Origin: the human T2T-CHM13v2.0 reference genome, Homo sapiens
Direction: 5' to 3' (one strand)
DNA: 64,000 nt
Assembly: GCF_009914755.1 (NCBI RefSeq)
Contig: NC_060928.1
A model generated the notes under the pieces. That model searched no databases and had not been told where the DNA came from. It worked only from the letters and a program-made list of their open reading frames with translations. The position numbers and the translations under genes were made by a program. Below are positions 24,963-38,460 of the stretch, one piece after another. Numbering within the stretch: position 1 is the stretch's first letter; each line of letters starts with the position of its first letter.

Positions 24963-27900
24963 GGGTCCTTGATCATTTTTAAGTGTAAAGGAGTTCTGAG
25001 ACAAAAAAATCTGCAAGCCATTCCTCCATGGTAACCAGAGTTGACAGTGGAAGCAGACTCTGGACAGAGTGGACTGGCCCCGGTATGTGCCCATGTTCCA
25101 GAGGGATACAGTCTTCTCCAGGGTCCCATGGTGATCCTAGAGAACCTCAGAGCTCCTTCAGGACCTGGTATGTAGGAAGTGCTCTATAAATATGTATTAA
25201 ATAAAGGATTAATAAATACATGGCCCTCCTACATTTCGTTACTTAAACAGGCCACTTAAGACAATAATATAATGTATGGAGCTCCTACACAGTGCTACAA
25301 CTGTTAGGTGAGGCCTTTATTCCATACAACACTGTATGTTAAGTCCAGAGTGGCCCAGGGGTTGCCTGAGTTACGGAATTGGCAGGTGGCAGCCCTGGTG
25401 TCAAATCTAAGTCTGGTTCTCAAGCCTTTGTTCTCAATCCCATATTCTTGCCACCATGACCTCTATGGATTTGCATGAAGTTGTCCAGTGTCAAATAGAC
25501 ACTAAGCTACAGTTGGTGCATATGTACTAAATCAGATTCATTTTAAGTATCCAGAAAATAAGGCTGAACTTAATCCTAATGACAGGCTGGGTGGGCCAGG
25601 GTAGATAGGAAGGGTGAGTGGGTAATCACTATTTCCTCATTGTCTGCTATGATGACCATCTGCTTTTATTTCACCAGGCATCACATCTTCTGCATTGGCA
25701 AAACTCTCAGGTAGTTTATCCAAAAAGTGATTTGTTTTCATGTGGATAAGTTTCTTCCTCTAAGATTTTAAGTGAAAGAAATAGATAAGTTATAGCATGG
25801 AAACAATGGTTCCCCTGCTTGTACCTCTGTGACAAGCATTATATCTAACACAATTTACCAGAAATTGTCATCATTATCATTTGTCTGCTGGATGCTGTTT
25901 GGCACTCAGAATGGAGGGTCACCATGGTGCCTCTGATCTTTAGCAATTTTTCTTTTCGTTCTGTTTCACTTGGTAAATGTTTTTCTGCCTCATCCTTCAC
26001 CTAAAATGAAACAGCAAAGGACTGCCCAGTCCTTAAGTGACCTTTAGCAGTTTCTCCACCGTTGGATGGCTAATAAGTTAATTAAGCTTCCTGTTAATTA
26101 ACTTTAATAATTAGCTTTGATATGGTCCTACCAAATGGTTATTGCCTTGGCTACGGACTGTCAACTCAGCCTGTCAATCAGAATATGGGCCCACGTTGCC
26201 AAGGGGCAACCTGACCCCGTTGGGCAAGAAATAATAAGACTTTGCCAGATTCTTTTGTCTTTGGGAGAGCAGAGTTCCAGAAATGGAAGAACACTTTGTA
26301 TCCAACCTCAATGTCCAAACTTCTGGCCTCCTTAAGGTATCTCTATTTTAATGAAGCATTGGCAGAGTGAGTCATCTTGTCTTAATTTAAATCCAATTCC
26401 AAAAGACAGATCTGGTTTTTTTTTGAAATGTCGACAGATTTCGGAGGTTTTTTTTTTCTTTTAAAGAAGGCTTTCCTCTTTTAGAAAGACTGACTCACAC
26501 AGAAGCCATCGATGGTAAATCATTGTCTATGCTAGGATTGCCTTTCAAGTAGAATATTTTCCGACCCCATGTTCACTTGCCTTGTCCATGTCTAGAGAAT
26601 ATAACTGCCCTGCAAGAGCACAGGCAGAACAAGCCAATGAATAATGAACGTGGGCTTGAAAGCAGCACGGAGCTCTCTTTGGCCACAACGCCCTGCTAAT
26701 AACTTTTAGCACTGCTTGATGTCAGGCGGCACGTGGAGTGGAGATGATACTTGTCAGCTAATTTGGCTTTAATACTCAGAACATTCTGACTGCTCTGAGG
26801 TTTTTCTGCAGCCAAATTGTCTTGCCTGTTAAATTTGTAATGTGTTTAGGGAACTTCATTTTACATGTTTAGAAAAATGGCCCTGGAGACACGTGGTGCT
26901 TTGTCAAGAGGCCTGTGGGCCTCTGAGAACCGGCAGATGACACTGACACAGGGTGTCAGCGTTGGTGCAGGAGCCAGACGCCACTCCCTGGCTCCCTCGG
27001 AGAACTTGGGGAGGTTCTGTTCAGGGCTTCAGAAGAAAAAAAATAAAAATGCTGATATTTTTAGTTCCCACTCACTCTTTGACTATGAATAGGAATATGA
27101 TTGAAATTTCTACCAGAATCTTCAAAGCTGACTTACCTTTAAAGCAAATGCCAAAGGTTTGAAAACTCATTCTAGATGGAATAACGTTGGCATGGACACA
27201 GAAGGCCTTAAAAAAAGAACCAAAGAAAACAAAACCCCAGGGCTTTCAGCAGAGATGGGTTAAGGTCTTGCTCCCCCACCCCCACCCCCTCTCCCATCCC
27301 CACAACTGCAGGGCAAAGGACAGCAGTGCCTTCCAACCTTAAGGGTCTGTACTGTGTGATCGTGGGGAGAACCAGCCTGTGTGTGGCTGGCACAAATGCC
27401 CTGGGGGCATGTCCAGCTGTAGGGTAATTAGAGCACTTACTCAAAGAATGACCTACAGGACATGCTGGGTTGGATTCAAGTATATTCTTGTCACCTTACA
27501 GCACCAGGGACTAGCGGAAGCAGGGATAGAGAAAAGAGAAGGAGGAGAGGGGAAAAGGGAGGGGAGAAACTCAGAAAATCCAAAATGAAACGGGACCCAG
27601 AGCAACGTTTGCTAATGGAGATCTGACTAGGGAAAGAGGCTGCTTAAAGCCCTTTGGCTTTTAGATATCCATTGTCATTTCTAAGACAGCTGAGTCCCAA
27701 CTGCGAGAAGCCTTGTAAACTTTCATGACCTCAGCCCCTTCCAAGGAAGGCACCCAGGAGCTCATTTCAGTTGCCTGTGAAGCCTGCTAGAAACCTCTGG
27801 CCACTGTCATTTTCAAAAAATATATATATTTTCTGGCAATAAATAATAGCACCTACACTGGACACATTAATTTTCTTTTTCAGGTCACAGACAGGAGACG

Positions 27901-30029
27901 TCACCATATTGCACATATTAATTTAAGAATCTGGAACATATGAAAAGGTTCCAAAAATCATCTACAGCCCATTATATAATTTGCCATATGGTCTAGGGTT
28001 TTACATGCTGTTAGTATCCTCAATTCCCTTGCTCTCTTGTCCTTCCAGACCTATCCAACAAAATCCCAAACTTAGATCAGATCCGCTGTCAACATGACTT
28101 GTTCCTATATCCAGTCTGCAGAAAACGTCACCATCACGTGGCTGGGGGCCACTGGAAATCACAGCCTCTTCCTTCAGCTGAGCCCTTATTGGCGCTTTTC
28201 ATCTTCTTTCCTAAGCCTTGGTCCTCAGCTGCTCTCAGTCTCCTCCATGACTCCTGCAACCCCCACCAGGCTTCTCAGGTCCCACACTCCTCCTCAGTTC
28301 CCAGTTTCACCCTCTGCAAGTCAGAGCAGAAGAAAGGGAGACATCTGTAGTCAGCGCCCTTCTCTCCCTCAAGCTGGAGTCTGCATGATCCACCAATGCT
28401 GTCTCCTAAACAGCCCTCTCACCGGCTCCCTTTACACCATCTGTGTAACCTTTGTCTGAATTCAGGTCCTTACCACCTTTTGCTAGGTGACTGCAATGGC
28501 CTTCAAATTGTTATCCCTTCTCCCTGACTCATCACTGCACTGGTCACCTCTTGAACCTTGCCTCACATCCTTTGGTCCTCCTTTTACATGAGCCATTGCT
28601 GTAAAATGCAGCATCCAACAGCACCTCCCCTCAGCTGCCCTAAGGCTTCTCTCACCCAGGGTGTTTGGTGTCTGCTGGGAAGCCCTTCACTCAGGCACAT
28701 CCACTGGACTGGGAAAAGTCAGGGATTTATTGCACCCTGACCAGTGAGGAGTGGAAACCATGAATGCATGCTCCCCTTACACACTGGTGACCACCTCAAA
28801 CACACACCCCTCCTTTACTGGTCTCTCTTCCTTTCCTGTGTCTCCTTCCCCACACCCCTTCTCTATCCCTGCGATTCCTCCCCAAAGTAAAGTATCCACA
28901 CCAGCCACCAGCACTTGTCTCAGCCTTAGCATCTCGTACAAATGCAATATGCATGCCTAAGTTCTTTCCCTCTGTGGCTCATGTTCTGTAAGTAGAAACA
29001 GACTCATTGTCAGATAAATGTAAAACACCGCGGTCTGGGAAGGCATTTAATATGCACAGGGCTCCTATGGAAGGCCAGGGGAGGGCACTGAACTCAGCCT
29101 CAGTGAGTCTGGAAGTGTCCTCTTCTGAGTCAGAAGCTGGACGTGGTGGTGGTGGAAGTGTGACCCAAGGGGTGGGGAGAATGTGCAGTTATTCATGTTA
29201 TTGAATGAATAAATTTAATGTCCCTAGGCATCTGAATTTCTGAATAAAGAAAAAAAGCTCCAAGCTGCATGCTTTATTCCATAATATGCTCTCTGGCTTG
29301 CCCATATTTTAGGCTAGTTAATTCCCACATGACAAGAATGTAACACACCTCACAGAGCTGGTTACTTAGTTCATGTGTCTTGGAGTATTTTATGGCAATT
29401 TTGCAAGAGTGAAGATGACTTTAAGGAGAATGAAAACCTGGCTATCTTGTGAATCACCTTAGCATCAGGGTGTTCACTATCAAACGAAAGCAGAGTGGTG
29501 GCCTATTAAGATGAATAAGAAAGCTTTCCCATTTTCTTGAGGCCTCCCTGACTATGAGGGGTCAGTTTCTAGATGAATGAGATGCTAAGTATCACTGCCA
29601 CATGGATTCAGAATAGCAGCAGGGAGGTATCAGGCACTCAGCATCTGGCCAACTGGAGTTACAGGATTTCCCCTGGCAACATGGCTCTACAACAATCCGA
29701 GCTGGGACTAAGGCCTCCCACTCCCCTTCGCCAGCATCTGTAATTCCCGTCAGAGATGAACTCAGTTCTTACTGGTAACCTTGTTCTGGTTACCTTCTAG
29801 TTTCTCTCTCGAGGTCTAACTAGAAGGTTTGACAAAAGATGAGAGTAATTTATGGATACGTTAGACCTTGGCACCTTAGTTTTAGTTTTCTATTCTGTCT
29901 CAAGTGGGGCTGACCTTTAAGATTGGCTGAGAACATAGTTTCCTTTCTTTCCTTTCAAAATCTTTGTCTTGTCTCTTATTCTCACTCCATTTGGAGTCAT
30001 GTTCTCTCTCACACACACATATGCCTGTG

Positions 30030-30389
30030 TGCTATGGTTTAAATGTTTATGTCCCCCCAAAATTTGTATGTTAAAACCTAACCCCCAAAGTTATGATATG
30101 AAAAGATGGAGCTTTTGGGAGGTGATTAGGTCATGAAGGCTTTGCCCTCATGAATGGGATTAGTGCCCTTATAAAAGAGGCCTGAGGGAGCTTGTTCATC
30201 CCTTCTGCCATGTGACGGCTCAGCCAGAAGGCACCATCTATGAGGAATGGGTCCTCACCAGACAGTGAATCTGCTGGTGCCTTGATCTTGGACTTCCCAG
30301 ACTCCAGAACTCTGAGCAATAATTCTCTATTGTTTATAAATTTTTTAGTTTTAAGTATTTTGTTATAGCACCCTGAACAGACTAAGACA
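30030..30389 (+). mobile_element. MLT1A-like solo LTR
   Basis: tgctatggtttaaatgtttatgtccccccaaaattt...ctcatgaatgggattagtgcccttataaaagaggcc...ttgttatagcaccctgaacagactaagaca. Confidence 0.85.
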
Positions 30390-30477
30390 CTATATTTAGA
30401 ATGTCATAGATCCATGCAGTTTCAGCATGATGGCTGGCAGAATATCATTTGGGAAAAAAACATTTTCTTTTTCATGC

Positions 30478-30780
30478 TTTTATTTTTTTTTTTAGATGGA
30501 GTGTCACTCTATCACCCAGGCTGAGTGCATGTGGTGGCGCTATCTCGGCTCATCGCAACCTCCGCCTCCTGGGTTCAAGTGATCCTCCTGCCTCAGCCTG
30601 TCATGTAGTTGGGATTACAGGTGCCCACCACCACACCCAGCTAGGTTTTTTTGCATTTTTAGTAGAGATGGGGTTTCACCATGTTGGCCAGGCTGTTCTC
30701 AAATTCCTGATCTCAGGTGACCCACCCACCTCAGTCACCCAAAGTGCTGGGATTACAGGTGTGAGCCACCGTGCCCAACC
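30478..30780 (-). mobile_element. Alu (AluS-like)
   Basis: Reverse dimer; TSD ttcatgcttt/ttcatgtttt. Confidence 0.95.
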
Positions 30781-30890
30781 TTCATGTTTTTTTCTACCCC
30801 AGTTTGCAGCTAGGTAAAGGCAATGTCAAATACCAAGTTGTGCCTTGGTTATACCTACATAAAAAAAAAGAAAATAGTTTTATAATCTGA

Positions 30891-31433
30891 GTGGTGGTTT
30901 TAAAATAGGTCCATAAATTCTTTGATACTCCTTCCTTCAAAAGGTGGAGGCTAATTACCCTCCCTTTGAGTGTGGTCTCTGCTTAGTGACTCACTTCTTA
31001 TGGATAGAATGTGGTGGAAATGATGATGTGTTACCCCGTACGCTAGGTCATAAAAGGAACTGCAGCTTTGTTCTTGCTGTCTCCCTTGGATCACTTGCTT
31101 GGGGGGAACCAGCTGCCATGTTGTGATATGCTCAAGCAGCTGTATGGAGGAACCCATGTGGAAAAAAACTGAGCACCCCTCACAACCGATATTCCCTTAC
31201 CAGGAGTGTGGCAAGCCTCCCTGGAAGCAGACTCTTCAGCACCAGTCAAGCTTTCAGGTGCTGCAGCCGTGGGCAATGACTTTGCTGCAATCTTATGAGA
31301 GACTAAGCCAGAACCACCCAGCTAAGTGGCTCCCACATTCATGACTCACGAAAACTGTGTGAGATAATCAATGTTTATTGTTTTAAGCTGCTAAGCTTTG
31401 GGGTAATTTGTTATATAGCAATAGATAATATAC
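30891..31433 (+). mobile_element. MLT1F-like solo LTR
   Basis: ggtccataaattctttgatactccttccttcaaaaggtggaggctaattaccctccctttgagtgtgg...ttttaagctgctaagctttggggtaatttgttatatagcaatagataa. Confidence 0.8.
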
Positions 31434-31653
31434 TCTGCACTCAAATTATTTCCTGTGAGAACTAGAGGTGAAAGGTAAGGTATCTCTGTCATGTCAGAGT
31501 GGCTAAGGCTTTTAAAGCAATGACCAAGGACAGGAATTCTTAGTTTGAGAAGCTTGGCCCAGGGGCAGATAATAGAACTTGTTTGATTTCTGTTTACACT
31601 CCCTTCTCAAAGAAGGTGCAACAACCTACAACAAAAATATGTTCATGGAAGCC

Positions 31654-31731
31654 ATGGTAAATAGGAAAGAGGAATATGGTAAATAGGAAAGAGGAATATG
31701 GTAAATAGCAAAGAGAAATAGGAAAGAGAAA
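31654..31731. repeat. 22-bp minisatellite, about 3.5 copies
   Basis: atggtaaataggaaagaggaat twice exactly, a third copy atggtaaatagcaaagagaaat, then a partial copy. Confidence 0.9.
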
Positions 31732-33552
31732 ACCACAACCAGATAAAAGAAATGGTAATTGTTAAGCATAACGGTCAACATAATTGCAACAGTTGAACTT
31801 TAATCATGACTCCGAGCCATGGTAAAAGGGAAAACTTAGCAAGTTCTATAGCTCTTATTACTGGAAAGGAAGCAAAGCTTTTCCCAGCTTTAGATGTTTA
31901 AAAAAATTATCTTGTGGACTTTAATATAGATGCTGATCTAGGTAAAAGACAAGGCTCTCAATCATACTTTTGGAGATATTGGGTTAACAAAATTCATTTA
32001 GCTGTTACTTGTGTTCTTTAGTAAAGGAGGTGGGAGAATGACAGTGCTAAGCACTGTGATAGATTATAGAAAATAGAAGGAATTCCTCTGACCTAAGTGC
32101 TACCAGGCCTTTTGAAAGTGGCAAGTAAATGTATGTTAAAATATTTTTGATCTGAGCTTTTCTCTCTCTTTTTCTGTTGGTATATATATAGCACAAAAGC
32201 ACTTCTTGGGCAGCAATTTAAAATAGCCCAGTTTATCTCTCTGCTTGTATTCCAGGTCTTGGTTTTGAGCTATAAATTCTTGCTGCTATCTTGGACTTTT
32301 CCTGAGAATCTGAATCCTTCAGCACATCCTATCACATTCCACCAATTCTTGACCTTCTGTTATCCTCACCAGCCCCCCTGGGCTTTGTTCAAAGTCCTGC
32401 AGGGAGGCTGCAGAGACAATGGAATGCACAGGCTGTGGTAGCTCAGCTGCGGGGACTGTCCAGGCGCCTAACTGGTTGTGTGAGGCTTTCAGAGAACGCT
32501 GCTCCTGTGCTGGGCTTCAGAGAGAGGGCTTGCTGCAGCACAGTGGGGTGGCCTCCTGCTGGTGGCCCAGGCCACAGGGATATGGAAACATGTGTCTAGT
32601 CTAGAGCTGCGGGCTTGGGTGACCTTGAGGCAAGGGAGGCACCTGGGGGCTAAAATATAAGGAGGCACTCATTCTCCTCTCGGTCCTGTTGAGCTGTTTC
32701 TTATTATGGCTGAAAATATGAACTGAACCATGTGAAGATGCCTAGCACATGGCCGGGAATGTAGTACGTTTCAATTAATGTTGGTTTCCTTCTTCCCTTT
32801 GACTTTCCTTCTTCTACTCTATCTTTTCTTCTCCTCATCTTGCTTCCTTCCTCCTTTCCTTCCCTTTTCCCTCCATTCTGCAAGCATCTGAGAGGCAGGG
32901 CTGGTGTGTGTTGGGTTGTTTCCTTTGGGTCTCGGCCCTGCTGTCTCCCCTGCTGGATACTCCCTGTGTCTTCTCTGTGTAATTAACTACAGCCCATCTT
33001 CCCCATCTCCAGAGGCTCACGCCTTTGCTGACCCCCACTTACTTGGCCAACTCCCCCTACTTTCTGCTTCCATCACATGGCGTCTGTCTTTTTAAATTCT
33101 TACCACATTGATTATTTTATATTACTTGATTGATTACTTGATTGAAATACATTTTACATGTATTTGTACGATTACTTCCCTGAGACTGTAACACGTTTCT
33201 GGTCACCTTTACAGTCCCAGTACTCAGGAAAGTGCCTGAGACATTGCAGGCATGGAATAATTATTGGTTCCATGAATTAATGAACGGATGAATGAAAAAG
33301 CCAAGTTCCATGATTTGTATCAGGTGTAAGCCAGTGAATAACAGTTTCTGTGTGATGAGGATGAATGTTTCTACCTAGTAGGGCACATGTAGCACTGAGG
33401 AAACCATGGGCATCTCAGGCTGCTGGATGCCAGATGCCTCGGACCCAGAGACGCCACCTCCACACAGTAACACAGGAGAGACGGCAGGGCCAGATTGAGT
33501 GACCTCATAAATAAAGCAATGCCTTCCAGGTCTTTCTAAAATACTAGGTACC

Positions 33553-33955
33553 TGCATTAATTTTCTAGGGCTGCCGTAATGGAATACCACAGATTGGGTG
33601 AAGCCACCATGTTGGCTTAAGCAGCAACAGAACTTTATTTTCTCCAGTCCTGGAGGCAGAAAGTCCAAGATCAAAGTGTCAGCAGGGTGGTTTCTCCTGA
33701 GGCCTCTCCTTGGCTTGCAGATGGCATCTTCTCCCTGTGCCTTCACAGGGTCTCCCTCTGTATCTGTCTGTGTCCAAATTCCCTCTTCTTGTAAGGACAC
33801 CACATAACCTATATTGGTTTAGGGTCCACAGGAGCAACCTCATTTTAACTTATACCTCTTTAAAGACCCTGTCTCTCAATACAGCCGAGGTAACAGGGCT
33901 CAGGACTTCAATAACAGATTTGTGGGGCGGCAGGGGTGAGACTCAGCCAGTAGCA
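33553..33955 (-). mobile_element. MLT1B/C-like solo LTR
   Basis: agggctgccgtaatggaataccacaga...tggaggcagaaagtccaagatcaaagtgtcagcaggg...tccaaattccctcttcttgtaaggacacca. Confidence 0.8.
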
Positions 33956-34629
33956 TTACTGCTACAGCCAAACTGCCACTTCCTGGCTGAGTGGCTTCAG
34001 ACAAGGTATTCACCTCTCTGTGCCTCCATCTCCTCACCTGGAGATAATAAAGCTACCACCTCACTGAGAGGTGTGAGAGTTAAAAGCCCTAATCCCCATG
34101 AAGCACTTGGGACAGTGGCATGTGGCAATGCTCAAGAAGTGTCAGCTATTATGATGATTACTTAGCCCTAAGGGAGTTTTTTTGGGCATTGGAGTGTAAG
34201 AATTGGTCTCTGCCCTCAAGATGCTTAAAGTCGTCTTACATAGAATATAAATCTAATAAATAAAAACAACAAGAGACATTTTCCGTGACGGATGCTTTTT
34301 GGGCCACCACTTTGGAAGGGAAAGCCAAGAGGTGGAAGGAATGATGATGGCAACCAAACTTAAGTCTCAGCTGTGCGTCTCCACCTCCCAGCACAACCGG
34401 GTGCTAGCAGCATCAGGCTCTGTGGTCTCCAGGGGGGCGCTGCCTGCAAGAGGGCTCAGTCCACAGCATTCTCAGTCCTTGTAGTCACCACCCTCCACTT
34501 TCTTGAGCCATAGCTGCCAAGGGATGTTTACCTGTCTCCCCAAAAAGTGGTCAGAACCACTTTGCAGGGCTATCCTCCCCACCCTAGAACTCCTTTGGAG
34601 ATGCCTACATGGAACTCTTTGATCACCAC

Positions 34630-34656
34630 CTGCTGTTGCTGCTGCTGCTGCTGCTG
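34630..34656. repeat. Short interrupted CTG/CAG trinucleotide repeat
   Basis: (CTG)2 TTG (CTG)6. Confidence 0.9.
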
Positions 34657-36857
34657 CCTGGGGCCCCTCAGTGACCCTCCTTGTCCCTGCCATATCAGCA
34701 GGACATGTCTCTCTCTATCAGGACTAATGGGACCATTTCTCTCTACACTGGGGCTGGCCAGGAGCTGGATCATCTCTCCCCCTCCTGATCATGTGTTGTG
34801 CCTGCAGAAGTAGCTCATGGCTCCTGTGCTTGCTAAGTTCTATGGATATAGAAAGAGAAGAACTCTTGAGGAGAAGGGATGTTGGGAGGAAGTGGGATGG
34901 TGTCATAGCCTTATTCAAACATCACCTTCTCACTAAGGTCATCCTGCCACCCTATCTCAAATAGATGATACCATCCTTGCACTGCCTATGCCTTTGGGAT
35001 GCCATAGATTTTACTTTTATGCCTATTTTCTCAATTAGAGTGTAAGGTCCACGAGGGCAGGGATTTTTATCAGCTTTGTTCATTGCTCTATATCCAGCTC
35101 CTAGATAAGTGCCCAGCACATAATAGCACAAACATTGAGGGAATGAATGAATGAACTCTGGCCCTGTGAGCTCTTGACATCCAGGAAGAGACTGAGGGTC
35201 AGGGACCCTCCTGCCCATGTGCAGGCTCTTGTTGATTACATCAGCCAGTCAGACATGAGTGGACCACCCAGAGCCTTTTCAATCTAGTTCCATCAGTCAT
35301 GAAGTTAGTGGGGCTCCCCTGAGGGATCGGCAATAGGTGGTCCATCCCAGCCGTGAAAGCAGTAGTTGCAATAGCGAATCTTTATGCTACTTATATTAGA
35401 CTGTTTAGAATTACTATCAACTGATCTCAAAAAATAGTAGGTACTATTATTATTCCAAAACTGAAGCATGAAATGGTTATGTAAACACCCCCAAAACTGC
35501 ATAACTAGTAAGTAGCAGGTCTAGAAATTGAACTCAAACTTGTCTGACTCCCAAGTTCTTGCTTTTACTGTGAGTTCTCATCTCTTTTTGGTTTTGTGGG
35601 TATTTTAAGCTGTGTCAGGGCCTGCTTACCAGATGGCTTTTTAATCTCTCTCTTGTTGCTACATTATTAATCTCTAAATTGTTTAGTGGAGAGGACTGGT
35701 ACAGAAAGGAGGCGTCTACACGGGAGAGGTTTCCTGGAATTGCTGCTGACATTTCACGTGGGCCTCGGTGGGTGGCTTAGGTTTGGGTAGAGGGAGAAGA
35801 GGCAGGCACGCTGGAGCCGGGGAACAACACTGAAACCCGTCTATATGGCAGCTGCCCTTCTGGGGATGGAGCAGACATACCCGTGTTACCAGCAACACAA
35901 AACTGTGAACTGGATTTAGTCAAATATTTAGCTGGTGGTTGCTTCCTGCTTCTGTCTGCTCAGAAAGGGATTAAAAACTCCTTGTAATCTTCCATTTTCT
36001 AAGAATCCATAATGCACTGAATTTTGGATACTCTTTTTGGAAAAAGGTTGATGCTTCAGGCAGAATTCTGCAAGCAGCAATGTCCCACAGCCTGGAAGCT
36101 TTCCCTGGGCGTGTTCACTCCTTAGAATGCGTCACACTAAGCCCGGGGACAGACAGCTGCCACATGTCCTTTGAATAGGTTGTGTGTAGGAGGCTGTAGA
36201 GGTTGATGTGGCTCCTCTGGAAGCTGAGAGCCAGGAACCTCTCTGGTCCTTGCATCCTTGCAGGGTGGAGCAGACAGTGCTGTCAGATGAATAAAGTAGA
36301 GGGAGGCTGGAAATCTGAAAAGCTCATCTATTCTGCCAACCATAAAGCATTTTGAACTTGCTCCACCCTTCCTATTTTCCATCTGCCTCATTATTCAGCA
36401 CAGTAATACTTGGGCACTTTGAAAAGAGTGATATTTTCACATAAAGCTATTCCAAGGAGAAGGAAAAATATCCTCATTTGGCATAAACCACTCATGCAAA
36501 TTAGCCTAAATAAAAATAAGACTAAAGACAACTTAGAATATTATTGTACTTTTCCAGGCTCCTGCCAGTCACTGCTGTCAGCTGTAGCATCTCTCCACCC
36601 TGGATGACAGTGTTGAGAAGTAGGGCTTACCATTTTGGAGAAGTTGTTGCTAAAGAACCCACTCAAAAAGAATGGGTATCAAACATCCTGCACTCAGGTT
36701 GTGTTGGAACCACGCCCTTGAAGGCAACACAATGTACCAATGATTGGACTTCCTAGAAGTACATTCCCTCTGCGTTTCCATGTTTGGCTTATCACAGACC
36801 AGTTCATCAAGGACTTGACATTCACTCTGTTTGTTTCTGGGAGACCATTTAAGTACT

Positions 36858-36891
36858 CTGTGTGTGTGTATGTGTGTGTGTGTGTGTGTGT
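36858..36891. repeat. (TG)n microsatellite
   Basis: tgtgtgtgtgtatgtgtgtgtgtg... Confidence 0.9.
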
Positions 36892-38149
36892 ATTAAGGGC
36901 CAGTGCTATGCAAACTGCAAACTGTATGAAAATGTTTTTTTTCTTATGGATGAGAAGAGACTATAATATCTCAAGGCCTCTGGCACAGGAATTCTTTAGA
37001 GCAGGATAAACAAATCATTATTCTCATGCCACTGATGGCAGTGAAGCAGTTTCTCTACTTTCTTTCCATTTGCACTTCTTTCTTTTCTCTCCTTCTCTTT
37101 TCTTTACTTTTCTCCTATTCTTAGTCTCCTTCTGCCTTCTCTTCCTTCTTTTGTGGGTGTGCCTTATGTTTGCTCTGGGTTCCAGGGTCATTCAGACTTG
37201 AAGCGATATGTGGGTCCAGAATTGAGGACATGTTCTATGGCCACCTAAGACAAAGGATGTTAGTTTTTATTATTAATTTCCTCAACCCGTGGTTAAAATG
37301 GCATCATTGGATACAGTCTCAAAGTCCCTCCCTCAGCCCAGTTGTATTTGTGAACTGTTCTGAAAGGAGAATCTCAGTCTGCTATATTTATTCCAAGGTT
37401 CTATTTCAATCAGATGTTAAGACAACTGGGACAACACCCTTACTGGACTAGTCACAAAGGAGACAAACATGCCAGAACAGCCATCCCACATCTCTAATTT
37501 CAAAGGTCATGAGAATGGTGGTTGTATACACCCTACTGCAGCTTTGATTTGTTGGGGTGGAATTTGCAATGCTATATGAAATCAACAATGCTGACTTTTG
37601 AATTTCCTTTTTTTAAAATCCTCTCTCTTTTTAAAATCTCTCGCTCTCTCTCTCTGTGTTTTCTATTGAGACCATGATGTTGCAATCTGTTTTTCATCTG
37701 AGAAATGTTTCACTGAGGAAACATGCCAAGAGATAAATGGGGAAGTGCTGAGGTGTCGTCCATCTATAAAGGTGGTTTTTCAGTTGAGTCAGGGAGGAGA
37801 CTAAGATTTCTGAAGTGTTCTATGAACCCCATTCCTCCGGATGTTTGGTTTATAAGTGAAGCTTCCAAATCTCTGATTTCTTTACCTGAATGCCTTCAGG
37901 CCTCCTTCATTAATCATGTTCTTCCCATTCTTCCAAAACAGCCTCCTTTTCTTATCTTTCCCCTTACCTCAAACTCTCAATATTTCCAGGAGATCAGATT
38001 CCAAATCTCAGCCACGTGGTTGATTTGTATAGAAGTCCCCACTATTTTGCATGCTCTTTGATACAGTAATTCCACCTAGAGCTATTTGTTTATGTTGGCA
38101 AGTGCAAATATTAGGCATAGAGGTGACCATTAGAGCATCTGTAATGAGA

Positions 38150-38460
38150 TGAAAATCAGAACAATGAGATCGTTGTTGAATAAACTATGAACATTGACAA
38201 AATGGAATTGGATGCAGTCACTTCAAATGATGTAAAAGATTGACATGGAAAATATCTTCAATGTATTATTTAGAAGAGATAAAAAGACAGTTATAAATAG
38301 TATTGTCCTATTTTATTAAAAACACGTACATATGGTTGTTTGAGAAAAGACTATTTGTATATATCAAAATGGAAACAACGGTTGTCTCTGAATAATAGGA
38401 TTAGATGAAATTTTTATCTTATTAATTTTTTGCTGATCTATTTTTTGATTTTTAACTTTT
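38150..38460 (+). mobile_element. Very old L1ME-like 3' UTR fragment
   Basis: gattgacatggaaaatatcttcaatgtattatt...aaaatggaaacaacggttgtctctgaataataggatta. Confidence 0.5.

Larger units (their letters stand above)
20791..25020. mobile_element. Charlie1-like hAT DNA transposon deletion derivative carrying two nested LTR insertions
   Basis: Terminus cagcagttctcaaagtgtg...gaggtcaaaactattttcataataatactaagac; degenerate transposase-like body 23300-24480; other terminus tttttaagtgtaaaggagttctgagacaaaaaa after the MLT1 LTR. Confidence 0.75.

Noticed and set aside
34422-34442. CTCF-like motif tggtctccaggggggcgctg
   Set aside because: The extra G shifts the register and leaves several mismatches in the 5' core. 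It is too weak to call without ChIP data.
34570-34813. PolyQ/polyA/polyC ORFs over the CTG repeat
   Set aside because: These are frame artefacts of a 9-unit interrupted repeat, far below pathogenic length, with no gene context.
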